Positions 9,597 through 16,689 of a stretch of DNA of 64,000 nucleotides are shown one piece after another. The translations under genes were made by a program, and so were the position numbers. The notes below the pieces were generated by a model. The model worked only from the letters and a program-made list of their open reading frames with translations, did not search any database and was not told the origin of the DNA. Source of the DNA: an uncultured Gammaproteobacteria bacterium (GTDB taxonomy: Bacteria > Patescibacteriota > Microgenomatia > Levybacterales > GWA1-39-11); assembly GCA_964450885.1 (NCBI GenBank), contig CAYVFE010000001.1:374572-438571 (forward strand), in the 5' to 3' direction. The first letter of the stretch is position 1. Each line of letters opens with the position of its first letter.

Positions 9597-10178
9597 ATGA
9601 TTATATTTGCGAGGATTATAACCTTTATTTTTCATCCGATTGTTCTTGTTTCTCCTGCAGTATTTCTCATAATTATAGCAACTGGGTACAGCCTGAACGA
9701 AGCATTGCTGTGGTCAGGAGTGGCTTTGGGATTCGTGATTTTCATTGCTCTATATATAAGAGCAGGTATGATGATTGGCTTTTTCACCAACTTTGACGTA
9801 TCCAAAAGAGAACAGAGGATCTATCTATTTCCCTTAGTAATTCTTGCGGGAATTACTTTTCTATTTAGCTTGATTGTTCTTAATGGTCCTAGATCATTAT
9901 TTATGGCTATTATCTATTTTCTTATATCTGTTGCGGTGCTCACACTCGTAACGCTGAGGATTAAGGCAAGCGTGCATGTTGGGGGTATTACAGCTGCGAT
10001 AATAAGTGCGATCTATTTTTTCGGGGTGGAGTTTAGTTTTTTGCTAATACTTATTCCTATTATGGCATGGGCAAGGATAAAAGAGAAAAGGCATACATAT
10101 AGAGAGACTGTAGTTGGTTTTGCTCTGGGGTTACTGCTTGCATTGGTAGGTATATTTGGTGTTCAATACTTTACATAA
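9597..10178 (+). CDS. Polytopic membrane protein, possible PAP2-like phosphatase (degenerate motifs)
   Basis: Has 5-6 TM helices. Loose PAP2 motifs are present: K-x6-(F)P, SVH (compare PSGH) and R-x5-H-x3-E. It sits directly upstream of dgkA. Confidence 0.35.
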   Translation: MIIFARIITFIFHPIVLVSPAVFLIIIATGYSLNEALLWSGVALGFVIFIALYIRAGMMIGFFTNFDVSKREQRIYLFPLVILAGITFLFSLIVLNGPRSLFMAIIYFLISVAVLTLVTLRIKASVHVGGITAAIISAIYFFGVEFSFLLILIPIMAWARIKEKRHTYRETVVGFALGLLLALVGIFGVQYFT

Positions 10179-10181
10179 CAT

Positions 10182-10550
10182 ATGATAAAACCGAATAGGC
10201 TTATAAAATCATTTAAATATGCTCTGGAAGGAATACGTTTAGCAGTAAGTTTGGATCTAAATGTTAGGATTCATCTGTTAGCGTCAGTTGTTGTTTTGGT
10301 CTTGTCCTTTGTGTTAAAAGTCTCGACAATAGAATTTCTTTTTATAATCTTGGCTATCTTTTTTGTGTTCATTTCTGAAATGATAAATACTGCCATTGAA
10401 GAGATGACAAACCTAATAACCCGCGAACATCATGTTAGCGCAAGGATAGCAAAAGATGTGGCGGCAGGAGCAGTTTTATTGTCTGCAGTTTTTTCCATAA
10501 TAATCGCATCTATAATTTTGTTGCCTAAAATAGTTGAAATATTTATTTAA
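10182..10550 (+). CDS. dgkA: Diacylglycerol kinase / undecaprenol kinase, DgkA family
   Basis: 122 aa and 3 TM helices with the conserved EMINTAIEEMTN…AKDVAAGAVLL core of prokaryotic DgkA. Confidence 0.8.
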   Translation: MIKPNRLIKSFKYALEGIRLAVSLDLNVRIHLLASVVVLVLSFVLKVSTIEFLFIILAIFFVFISEMINTAIEEMTNLITREHHVSARIAKDVAAGAVLLSAVFSIIIASIILLPKIVEIFI

Positions 10551-10810
10551 TTTTTCTCTGTTGAATGGGTATGCTCCATCGTTAGGGTCAATATTTCGTT
10601 AAGCTTTTTTGCAAATTTGTTTGCGTGCTCTCTGCTCATTCCCACCCGCGATACTACCTGGACCTGGCTAGAATTCCCTGCTTTTTGACATACATCAAAA
10701 GTAACTCCATCGTCATTCACATTTATAAATATCGTGTCAGTGTAAAGAATTTGTAATTTTTCAGGATTAAGATTTACATTGAATTGTGTTGCTTTTTCAT
10801 CCTTTTTTAT
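10547..10810 (-). CDS. DUF3467-family small protein (not in the ORF track; apparent non-ATG start)
   Basis: Translates as KKDEKATQFNVNLNPEKLQILYTDTIFINVNDDGVTFDVCQKAGNSSQVQVVSRVGMSREHANKFAKKLNEIL, matching the DUF3467 pattern (…LNIEL…IYSNLAIIxHSxxEFVLDF…AKVxSRIxLTPEHAKRL). An AGGAGGTGA SD sits 6 nt upstream of an ATA codon, and the in-frame TAG just before excludes an upstream ATG. Confidence 0.6.
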   Translation of the reverse strand: MKKDEKATQFNVNLNPEKLQILYTDTIFINVNDDGVTFDVCQKAGNSSQVQVVSRVGMSREHANKFAKKLNEILTLTMEHTHSTEKN

Positions 10811-10826
10811 AACCTATCACCTCCTC

Positions 10827-11168
10827 TTAACCATAAATGTAGATACCTATAATAATAAAAAGGGATAAGAATATCCACCCGGTATTTGAAATAATAATAG
10901 GTTTTGATTTATGGACTGTTCCATAATAAAGCCAAATAAGAGCAATCAAAAAATAGCTTATCCAAGAGATTAAAGAGACACCGCTAGCTGTTTTATTCTG
11001 ATAAATAATAAGTACCTGAGGAATAGTCATGATCGGGCTGAGTATCGCAGCAAAATACACAATATCGTCTAGAATGAATTTTTTCAAGCTAAAGTGGGGC
11101 TCGTTATCTTCTGCGATTCTTTTTCTTTCTCTAATTCTTTTATGTAGGTGATGGAATCCAAATAACAT
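10827..11168 (-). CDS. SemiSWEET / PQ-loop family small sugar transporter-like membrane protein
   Basis: 113 aa and 3 TM helices, with the PQ-loop signature (SPIMTIPQVLIIYQNKTASGVSL) typical of MtN3/SemiSWEET. Confidence 0.55.
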   Translation of the reverse strand: MLFGFHHLHKRIRERKRIAEDNEPHFSLKKFILDDIVYFAAILSPIMTIPQVLIIYQNKTASGVSLISWISYFLIALIWLYYGTVHKSKPIIISNTGWIFLSLFIIIGIYIYG

Positions 11169-11235
11169 CTACTATGTTTAACTTATGCAAATTAGAGGTA
11201 TGTGTCAAGTTTTATGGCAAGTGTTGCTAAAGTAA

Positions 11236-11243
11236 TGTATAAT
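11236..11243 (+). promoter_or_regulatory. Extended -10 promoter element (TGTATAAT) for the RRM gene, flanked by an 11-nt inverted repeat (11212-11222 and 11280-11290)
   Basis: TGnTATAAT is read directly. TTATGGCAAGT and ACTTGCCATAA are perfect reverse complements. Confidence 0.4.
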
Positions 11244-11364
11244 ACCCATTATAAGCTAGTTCTTCTTAGATAAGTGATAACTTGCCATAATAATTTCCAC
11301 AAAAAAATTTATTCATGGTTCGCCAATTTTCTAAGCGATAGCGACAAAGAAGGAGGTGAATTAA

Positions 11365-11724
11365 ATGGACAATAATAACAAACTATTCGTTGGAGGTCTT
11401 GCATGGGGTACTACTGATGATACGTTAAGAGAGTTTTTCTCAGCAGTGGGAAATGTAACTTCTGCAAACGTAATTTCTGATAGATACACTGGAAAGTCAA
11501 AAGGATTCGGATTTGTTGAATTTTCTACTCCAGAAGAGGCTAAAAAAGCAGCTGAGGAGTTAAACGGTAAAGAGTTAGACGGACGCGCAATTAATGTTTC
11601 AGAAGCAAGACCACAACAGCCAAGAGAGAATAATTTCTCAGGAGGCGGAAATTTTAGACGTGATAACAATAGAGGTGGAGACAGACGCGGAGGTCGTGAT
11701 GACCGAGGCCGAGGTGGATACTAA
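11365..11724 (+). CDS. RRM-domain RNA-binding protein with Gly/Arg-rich C-terminal tail
   Basis: Carries RNP2 (LFVGGL) and RNP1 (KGFGFVEF), followed by an RGG/RDD-rich tail. It has a strong SD (AAGGAGGTGA) 7 nt before ATG. Confidence 0.9.
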   Translation: MDNNNKLFVGGLAWGTTDDTLREFFSAVGNVTSANVISDRYTGKSKGFGFVEFSTPEEAKKAAEELNGKELDGRAINVSEARPQQPRENNFSGGGNFRRDNNRGGDRRGGRDDRGRGGY

Positions 11725-11744
11725 TATTTCACTCTAGATAAATA

Positions 11745-11781
11745 AAAAACCTCTTTGGAGAAATCTAGAGAGGTTTTTTGG
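11745..11781. terminator. Putative bidirectional rho-independent terminator between convergent genes
   Basis: AAAAAACCTCTTTGGAGAAATCTAGAGAGGTTTTTTGG reads as an A-tract, an imperfect CCTCT…AGAGG stem and a T-tract. It lies between the RRM gene and the convergent CsaA-like gene. Confidence 0.5.
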
Positions 11782-11788
11782 TGGCAAA

Positions 11789-12112
11789 CTATCTCAACTT
11801 GCTGCCGTTAGGTACTTTTTCTCCCGGGTGAAGGAGTACTGCTTTTTCGTCTGTTCCTGCCGCGACCATCATTCCCTGGCTTTCATATCCTCTAAGCATA
11901 CGTGGTTCTAGGTTTACGATTATAGGGATTTGTCTTCCTATAATTTCGTTAGGATCTGGATAATATTCAGCTATTCCTGCCATAATTTGTCTCTCCTCGT
12001 CTCCCATATCAACTTGGAGCTTTAGGAGCTTATCTGCTTCTGGAATTTTTTCAGCTGAGATAATCGTTCCTATTCTGATATCCAGTTTTGAAAAATCTTC
12101 AATAGTTATCAT
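11789..12112 (-). CDS. tRNA-binding domain protein (CsaA / Trbp111 / Myf-domain)
   Basis: 107 aa resembling the OB-fold tRNA-binding domain of the MetRS C-terminus and CsaA (DIRIGTIISAEKIPEADKLLKLQVDMGDE…IVNLEPRMLRGYESQGMM). Confidence 0.75.
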   Translation of the reverse strand: MITIEDFSKLDIRIGTIISAEKIPEADKLLKLQVDMGDEERQIMAGIAEYYPDPNEIIGRQIPIIVNLEPRMLRGYESQGMMVAAGTDEKAVLLHPGEKVPNGSKLR

Positions 12113-12179
12113 GGGTACATTATATCAGATGCCTTCGTAAAACTTGCAAAAATATTTGGTATTCTGATAGCATAAATAT

Positions 12180-12776
12180 ATGGCAAAAAAGAAAAAGAAA
12201 TTATCCAAAAAACACCATTTCGAGAGTAATAAATTACTTATCATATTGCTTCTTTTCTTAACCTTTGTCCTCCTGATAGTGTATGCGAGCGCAAAATCCA
12301 AGCCGCGTTCAATCTCAGAAAAAGAGATAGTGGGTGCGGTTAATTCTTCTATGGTAAAGGTTCCGGACACATCATTTGTCGTGAGCCTAACTGATGGAAA
12401 GGCAGAGTTTTCAGATAGTGAGACTCAGGGAAATGTGAGTGTATCAGAGCCTTATTACTGGGTAAAGACACAGGATGGATATGATGTATTTTCTGTTATG
12501 TCTTATAGCACTGGGGGCTTAGAAGAATTCGTAAATGTAGCACTTTTTCAAGAAACAAAAGGAAAAATCACATACAAAGGCTCTTTCCCAATAGGTGACA
12601 GAGTTATAGTATCTGGTATCGAGAAAGAAAGTGAAGGAGACGGCGAATATATGATAAAGGTAAATTATTTGGATAGAGCAGAGGAGGATCTTATGTCAGA
12701 TGCGCCAAGTCTTGAGAAGTCTACTTCATTTGAGGTAATAAGTCACCAAATAGTGATTCCAGCTCCTAGTCAATAA
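12180..12776 (+). CDS. Hypothetical exported or membrane-anchored protein
   Basis: Has a Lys-rich N-terminus, then a single TM helix (LLIILLLFLTFVLLIVYASA), then a ~150-aa domain of unknown function. Confidence 0.45.
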   Translation: MAKKKKKLSKKHHFESNKLLIILLLFLTFVLLIVYASAKSKPRSISEKEIVGAVNSSMVKVPDTSFVVSLTDGKAEFSDSETQGNVSVSEPYYWVKTQDGYDVFSVMSYSTGGLEEFVNVALFQETKGKITYKGSFPIGDRVIVSGIEKESEGDGEYMIKVNYLDRAEEDLMSDAPSLEKSTSFEVISHQIVIPAPSQ

Positions 12777-13989
12777 AAGTTAACGCAACACCTTTTTTAC
12801 CGGCACGACCAGTTCTGCCAATTCTATGAACATAATCCTCATAAGTGCTTGGTGCATCATAATTTATAACATGAGTTATGTTGTCTACATCTATTCCGCG
12901 TGAAGCTACATCTGTTGCGATGAGAATATTTGCTCTGTCACTTTTGAAGTCATCCAGAGCTCTTTGACGCTGATTTTGTGATTTATTCCCATGTATCGCC
13001 ATGGCTCTAAATCCTCGTTCCAAAAGAGCCTTGGATAGTTTTTCCGATCCCCATTTTGTCCTACCGAAAATTATTACCTTGTCAAATCCAGGTTGTATCA
13101 AAAGGTCGTGTAGTACATCTATTTTTGCTCTGCCTCCGGAAAGTCGTATGATATCTTGGTCTATATTTTCAGCTGTATTTTGGGTTTTGGCACTAACAGT
13201 TACAGGATCTTTTACAAAGCTTGCCAGAATCTCTTGGGTTTTGTTATCAACTGTTGCTGAGAAAAACAGCGATTGTCTGACTTTCGGGAGAAGTGCGATC
13301 ATATATTTAATGTCATGAATAAAGCCTATATCTACCATTCTATCCACCTCATCCAGGACTACGTTTTGAAAGAGACTTAAATTTAGCTCGCGGCGCTGAA
13401 TCAGGTCTTTAATCCTTCCAGGGGTTCCTATAACAAAATGTGGACTTTTGCGCAGCGCATAAGTTTGGCGCATGATATTTGCCCCTCCAACTGCTGCGAC
13501 AGCGTTTAGATTTGTTCCTTTGGCAAATATCACGAATTCGTCCCAAATCTGGATTGCAAGTTCACGTGTCGGAACTACAATGAGTACTCTCTGTCTGCGG
13601 TCGAGATAAGACTTATTTATAAGCGATATCAGAAAAGCCGCAGTCTTACCTGTTCCTGTGTTTGCGATACCTATCACATCTCGTCCCTTTAATATCTCTG
13701 GAATCGACTTTTCTTGAATAGCTGTGGGAGCAGTATATCCGTGGTCTGCGATATTCCTTTTTAACTTATCGTCTATCGCGTAGTCATTAAATTTAGTAGT
13801 TGCAATGTATTCCTCAGGTTTGTTTGCAACAACTGCCTTTTTAATGAAAAGATTTGGATCGAGCTTTGATTCGTTCCTTTTTCCGCCACCGATTCTATTA
13901 TTCCTATTTCCAAAGCCTCTTTGAGGTCCATAGGAATTATTTGCGAATTTACGCTGGTTTGAATTGTTTCTTTGTCTATTTCTGTACAT
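12766..13989 (-). CDS. DEAD-box ATP-dependent RNA helicase with RG-rich N-terminus
   Basis: Has a Q-motif region, Walker A (ANTGTGKT), DEVD (DEAD variant), SAT and HRIGRTGRAG. The N-terminal ~60 aa are RGG/RN-rich. Confidence 0.85.
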   Translation of the reverse strand: MYRNRQRNNSNQRKFANNSYGPQRGFGNRNNRIGGGKRNESKLDPNLFIKKAVVANKPEEYIATTKFNDYAIDDKLKRNIADHGYTAPTAIQEKSIPEILKGRDVIGIANTGTGKTAAFLISLINKSYLDRRQRVLIVVPTRELAIQIWDEFVIFAKGTNLNAVAAVGGANIMRQTYALRKSPHFVIGTPGRIKDLIQRRELNLSLFQNVVLDEVDRMVDIGFIHDIKYMIALLPKVRQSLFFSATVDNKTQEILASFVKDPVTVSAKTQNTAENIDQDIIRLSGGRAKIDVLHDLLIQPGFDKVIIFGRTKWGSEKLSKALLERGFRAMAIHGNKSQNQRQRALDDFKSDRANILIATDVASRGIDVDNITHVINYDAPSTYEDYVHRIGRTGRAGKKGVALTFID

Positions 13990-14196
13990 ATATTTAGTGT
14001 AACAAATGATAAATAAATAGTTCTGCTTAAAGTTAGAGGTCGTTTATGAAAATAAGATACGGAGTATTATTTAATTATTTTTATCTATTTAAAAACTATA
14101 TCAATTATAAGCAGAGGTATTTTTTTACCATCTGCAACTACCTGGGTATTGTATCATAATTTGCGTGGATAATCAAACTATAGGGTGGTATGGGAT

Positions 14197-14574
14197 CTAT
14201 CTGGTATTTTTTCTGGTTTTTCCTTTATTTTTGATCCTTTTATATTCGGTACGCAGCTTTTTGAGCTTGTCTTCATCAATGTCTTCTAGATCTATAAAGT
14301 CATTTCTGGCAGTTTTTATTGCATGTAATAGTTCGTCGAGCTTGAGCTGAGTAGCACGGTCATTGCGGTTTTGCGTATTCTGAATGAGAAATACGGTGAG
14401 AAAAGTGATGATGGTGGTTGTAGTATTGATGACTAGTTGCCAAGTCTCGGAAAAGCCTAGAAATGGGCCTGATATAGCCCATATTACTATCGATGCAAGA
14501 GCTATAACGAAAGCAAAGGGTGTACCCAAAAGCTCAGAAGTTGTGGTGGAAAATTTTAGAAATAATTTCTTCAT
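14197..14574 (-). CDS. Low-affinity iron permease (Fet4-like, PF04120)-family small membrane protein
   Basis: Carries FSTTTSELLGTPFAFVIALASIVIWAISGPFLGFSETWQLVINTTTTIITFLTVFLIQNTQNRNDRATQLKLDELLHAI, the characteristic conserved core of the bacterial family. Confidence 0.65.
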   Translation of the reverse strand: MKKLFLKFSTTTSELLGTPFAFVIALASIVIWAISGPFLGFSETWQLVINTTTTIITFLTVFLIQNTQNRNDRATQLKLDELLHAIKTARNDFIDLEDIDEDKLKKLRTEYKRIKNKGKTRKNTR

Positions 14575-14641
14575 CTGCCATATTGTAGATGATGATAATA
14601 AGGACTATGTAAGAAAACTATTTTTGAAGATATGTCAAAAG

Positions 14642-14944
14642 TTAACTACCAAGATTCGTGAAGATCCCGACAGCGAGCTCAGCCCAAATATAAAGCGTTA
14701 TAAGCGTAATTGCGATTCCTATAAGTGTTCTATATTTTCTAGGAGCAACTCTAGCTATATGAACGAATAAAAAACCCATGCCAAATAAGACAATTCCCAT
14801 AATGACAAAATCCGATAAATCCCAGTTAACCTCACTTGTGAACTGCATGGCAATCAATGGGATTGATAATATCGCTGCTGTTCCGAGAGCAATCCAAGTA
14901 AAGACCTTGTTTTGCATGAAGAGATCATTCTTTTTAGTTTTCAT
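14642..14944 (-). CDS. Hypothetical small membrane protein (3 TM)
   Basis: 100 aa and hydrophobic. It sits between the Fet4-like gene and the HxlR regulator on the same strand. Confidence 0.4.
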   Translation of the reverse strand: MKTKKNDLFMQNKVFTWIALGTAAILSIPLIAMQFTSEVNWDLSDFVIMGIVLFGMGFLFVHIARVAPRKYRTLIGIAITLITLYIWAELAVGIFTNLGS

Positions 14945-15042
14945 AGATTTAATAATACAGAAAATAATGGTCTTGATGCAATCATAGGCCTACAGTCGCT
15001 ATTGATACTATTGGTTACGTAGAGGCATACTGTCTGGATACT

Positions 15043-15357
15043 TTATAGGAATTTCTCAGCAAACTTTCCTATCTCGGCAATTATTGGCAGAATTCCTTGT
15101 CCTTTTGCAGTTAACTCATAGACTACTGACATTCGGTCAAGAGTCTCTTTTTTCTTGAGTACGATGCCATCATTTTCTAGTTTGTTTAATCTATCTGTGA
15201 GAGTAGTCGGATTAACGTTAAGGGCTCTTTGAAGTTCATTGAATCTCATTCCGCCCTCTCGAAGATTTCCGATAATACAAAGTACATGATCATCTCCTAT
15301 CATTTTGATAGCGCTATTTAGGTCCTCTGACAATAAGCTTTTGCCGTGTGTTGACAT
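15043..15357 (-). CDS. HxlR-family (MarR-like winged-helix) transcriptional regulator
   Basis: 104 aa with the HTH hxlR-type pattern (…GGMRFNELQRALNVNPTTLTDRLNKLENDGIV…). Confidence 0.75.
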   Translation of the reverse strand: MSTHGKSLLSEDLNSAIKMIGDDHVLCIIGNLREGGMRFNELQRALNVNPTTLTDRLNKLENDGIVLKKKETLDRMSVVYELTAKGQGILPIIAEIGKFAEKFL

Positions 15358-15417
15358 ACTATAAATTATATAGTACTATAATTATTGTAGCACTATAAAT
15401 TATATAGTGATTATATC
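15356..15417. promoter_or_regulatory. Putative operator: two copies of ACTATAAATTATATAGT, one containing the perfect 12-bp palindrome TATAGTACTATA, in the divergent intergenic region
   Basis: Read directly from the sequence between the hxlR-type gene and the LUD-domain gene. Confidence 0.5.
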
Positions 15418-15423
15418 AAAAAC

Positions 15424-16092
15424 ATGAACAACTCACAATCAATATATGAGCCAAATTCCCAGATTAGGAAATCACGTGACTATAATGAAGTTGCATCAGA
15501 TGAATCGATTGATAGAGCTATAGAGTCATTTAAGGAAAATAATTTTATCCCATACCATGTAAAGTCAAAAGAAGAAGCTCTTACAAAAGTAAAAGAGCTT
15601 ATTCCCGAAGGTGCCTCTGTTATGAACGGAGCATCTGTAACGCTTCAGGAAATAGGCTATGTGGATTTTCTAAAAAGCGGCAATCATAAATGGGACAACC
15701 TCCACGAAGCAATCCTAGCAGAGAAAGATCCAGAAAAGCAGGGACTGCTTAGACGCCAATCGGTTGTTTCCGATTTTTATGTAGGAAGTGTGCATGCAGC
15801 TAGCGAAGAAGGAGAGTTGGTTATTGCTTCAAATACTGGAAGTCAGCTTCCTCATGTAGTATTTACTTCCCCCAATGTAATTTTGGTCGTAGGAGCACAG
15901 AAAATCATGCCGACGCTTTCGGAGGCCATTTCCCGTTTGGAAGAGTATGTAATAAAACTTGAAGATAAGCGCATGAAAGATGTATATGGAATAGGTACGA
16001 CTCACACTAAAACCGTTATTTTCCATAAGGAGAATCCTATGTCTGGACGTAAAATTAATATAATAATTGTTGACGAAAAATTAGGGTTTTAA
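15424..16092 (+). CDS. LUD-domain protein (LutC/YkgG-like lactate-utilisation family)
   Basis: 222 aa with conserved LUD blocks (ASVMNGASVT…, FYVGSVHAASEEGELVIASNTGSQL…, ILVVGAQKI). Confidence 0.55.
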   Translation: MNNSQSIYEPNSQIRKSRDYNEVASDESIDRAIESFKENNFIPYHVKSKEEALTKVKELIPEGASVMNGASVTLQEIGYVDFLKSGNHKWDNLHEAILAEKDPEKQGLLRRQSVVSDFYVGSVHAASEEGELVIASNTGSQLPHVVFTSPNVILVVGAQKIMPTLSEAISRLEEYVIKLEDKRMKDVYGIGTTHTKTVIFHKENPMSGRKINIIIVDEKLGF

Positions 16093-16144
16093 CTTTAGTC
16101 TTGATTGTAGGATTTTGATAACGCGTGCTGCCTGGGATCTTTTT

Positions 16145-16483
16145 CTATAACATCTCCAGTAGGATAACTGCCTCATTATGTTCAGTGTCGCGTGCTCCGT
16201 AAAGCAAGGTGATTTGTTTATGTTTCTCCTTTAATTCTTTTAGCTGAGCTACCAGGTCTTTCTTATCATCTAGTTCTTTATTATATTTTTTCTTAAAATC
16301 TTGCCACTTTTCAGCATCGTGACCAAACCATTTTCTAAGTTCTGTGCTTGGGGCAATCTCCTTCAACCATAGATCGAGATGTGCTTTCTCTTTCGATATT
16401 CCTCTTGGCCAAAGTCTATCGACGAGTACCCTATAGCCGTCTTCTTTATCGTACCGATCATATATTCGTTTTAATTTGATCAC
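16145..16483 (-). CDS. DUF488-family protein
   Basis: Carries MIKLKRIYDRYDKEDGYRVLVDRLWPRGISKEKAHLDLWLKEIAPSTELRKWFGHD, the near-canonical DUF488 N-terminus. Confidence 0.8.
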   Translation of the reverse strand: MIKLKRIYDRYDKEDGYRVLVDRLWPRGISKEKAHLDLWLKEIAPSTELRKWFGHDAEKWQDFKKKYNKELDDKKDLVAQLKELKEKHKQITLLYGARDTEHNEAVILLEML

Positions 16484-16689
16484 CTACCGTTATTATATAC
16501 TCGTCAGAGAGGAATTTGCAGTAAGATAAGCCATATATTTGAACTGAAGGTAAAGATTGTTGAGGTGCTGAGCGTATGAGACTAGAACCTTATAGTCGTT
16601 ATAACTTCTGTCTAAAATTTAAGGTTAAGTGAAATATTATCATTGTTATAGAAAGAATAGAGAGTTTTAATAACTGTTTATGATTTTGG

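Noticed and set aside
9575-9600. AT-only hairpin (AGATTTTTAT…ATAATAATCT) after gltX, considered as a terminator
   Set aside because: The stem is imperfect (8 of 10), lacks G/C pairs and has no following U-tract. It is probably a chance AT-rich inverted repeat.
11361-11669. 102-aa minus-strand ORF overlapping the RRM protein gene
   Set aside because: The RRM gene has a strong SD and canonical RNP1/RNP2 motifs, whereas the antisense frame has no start context and no similarity to anything.
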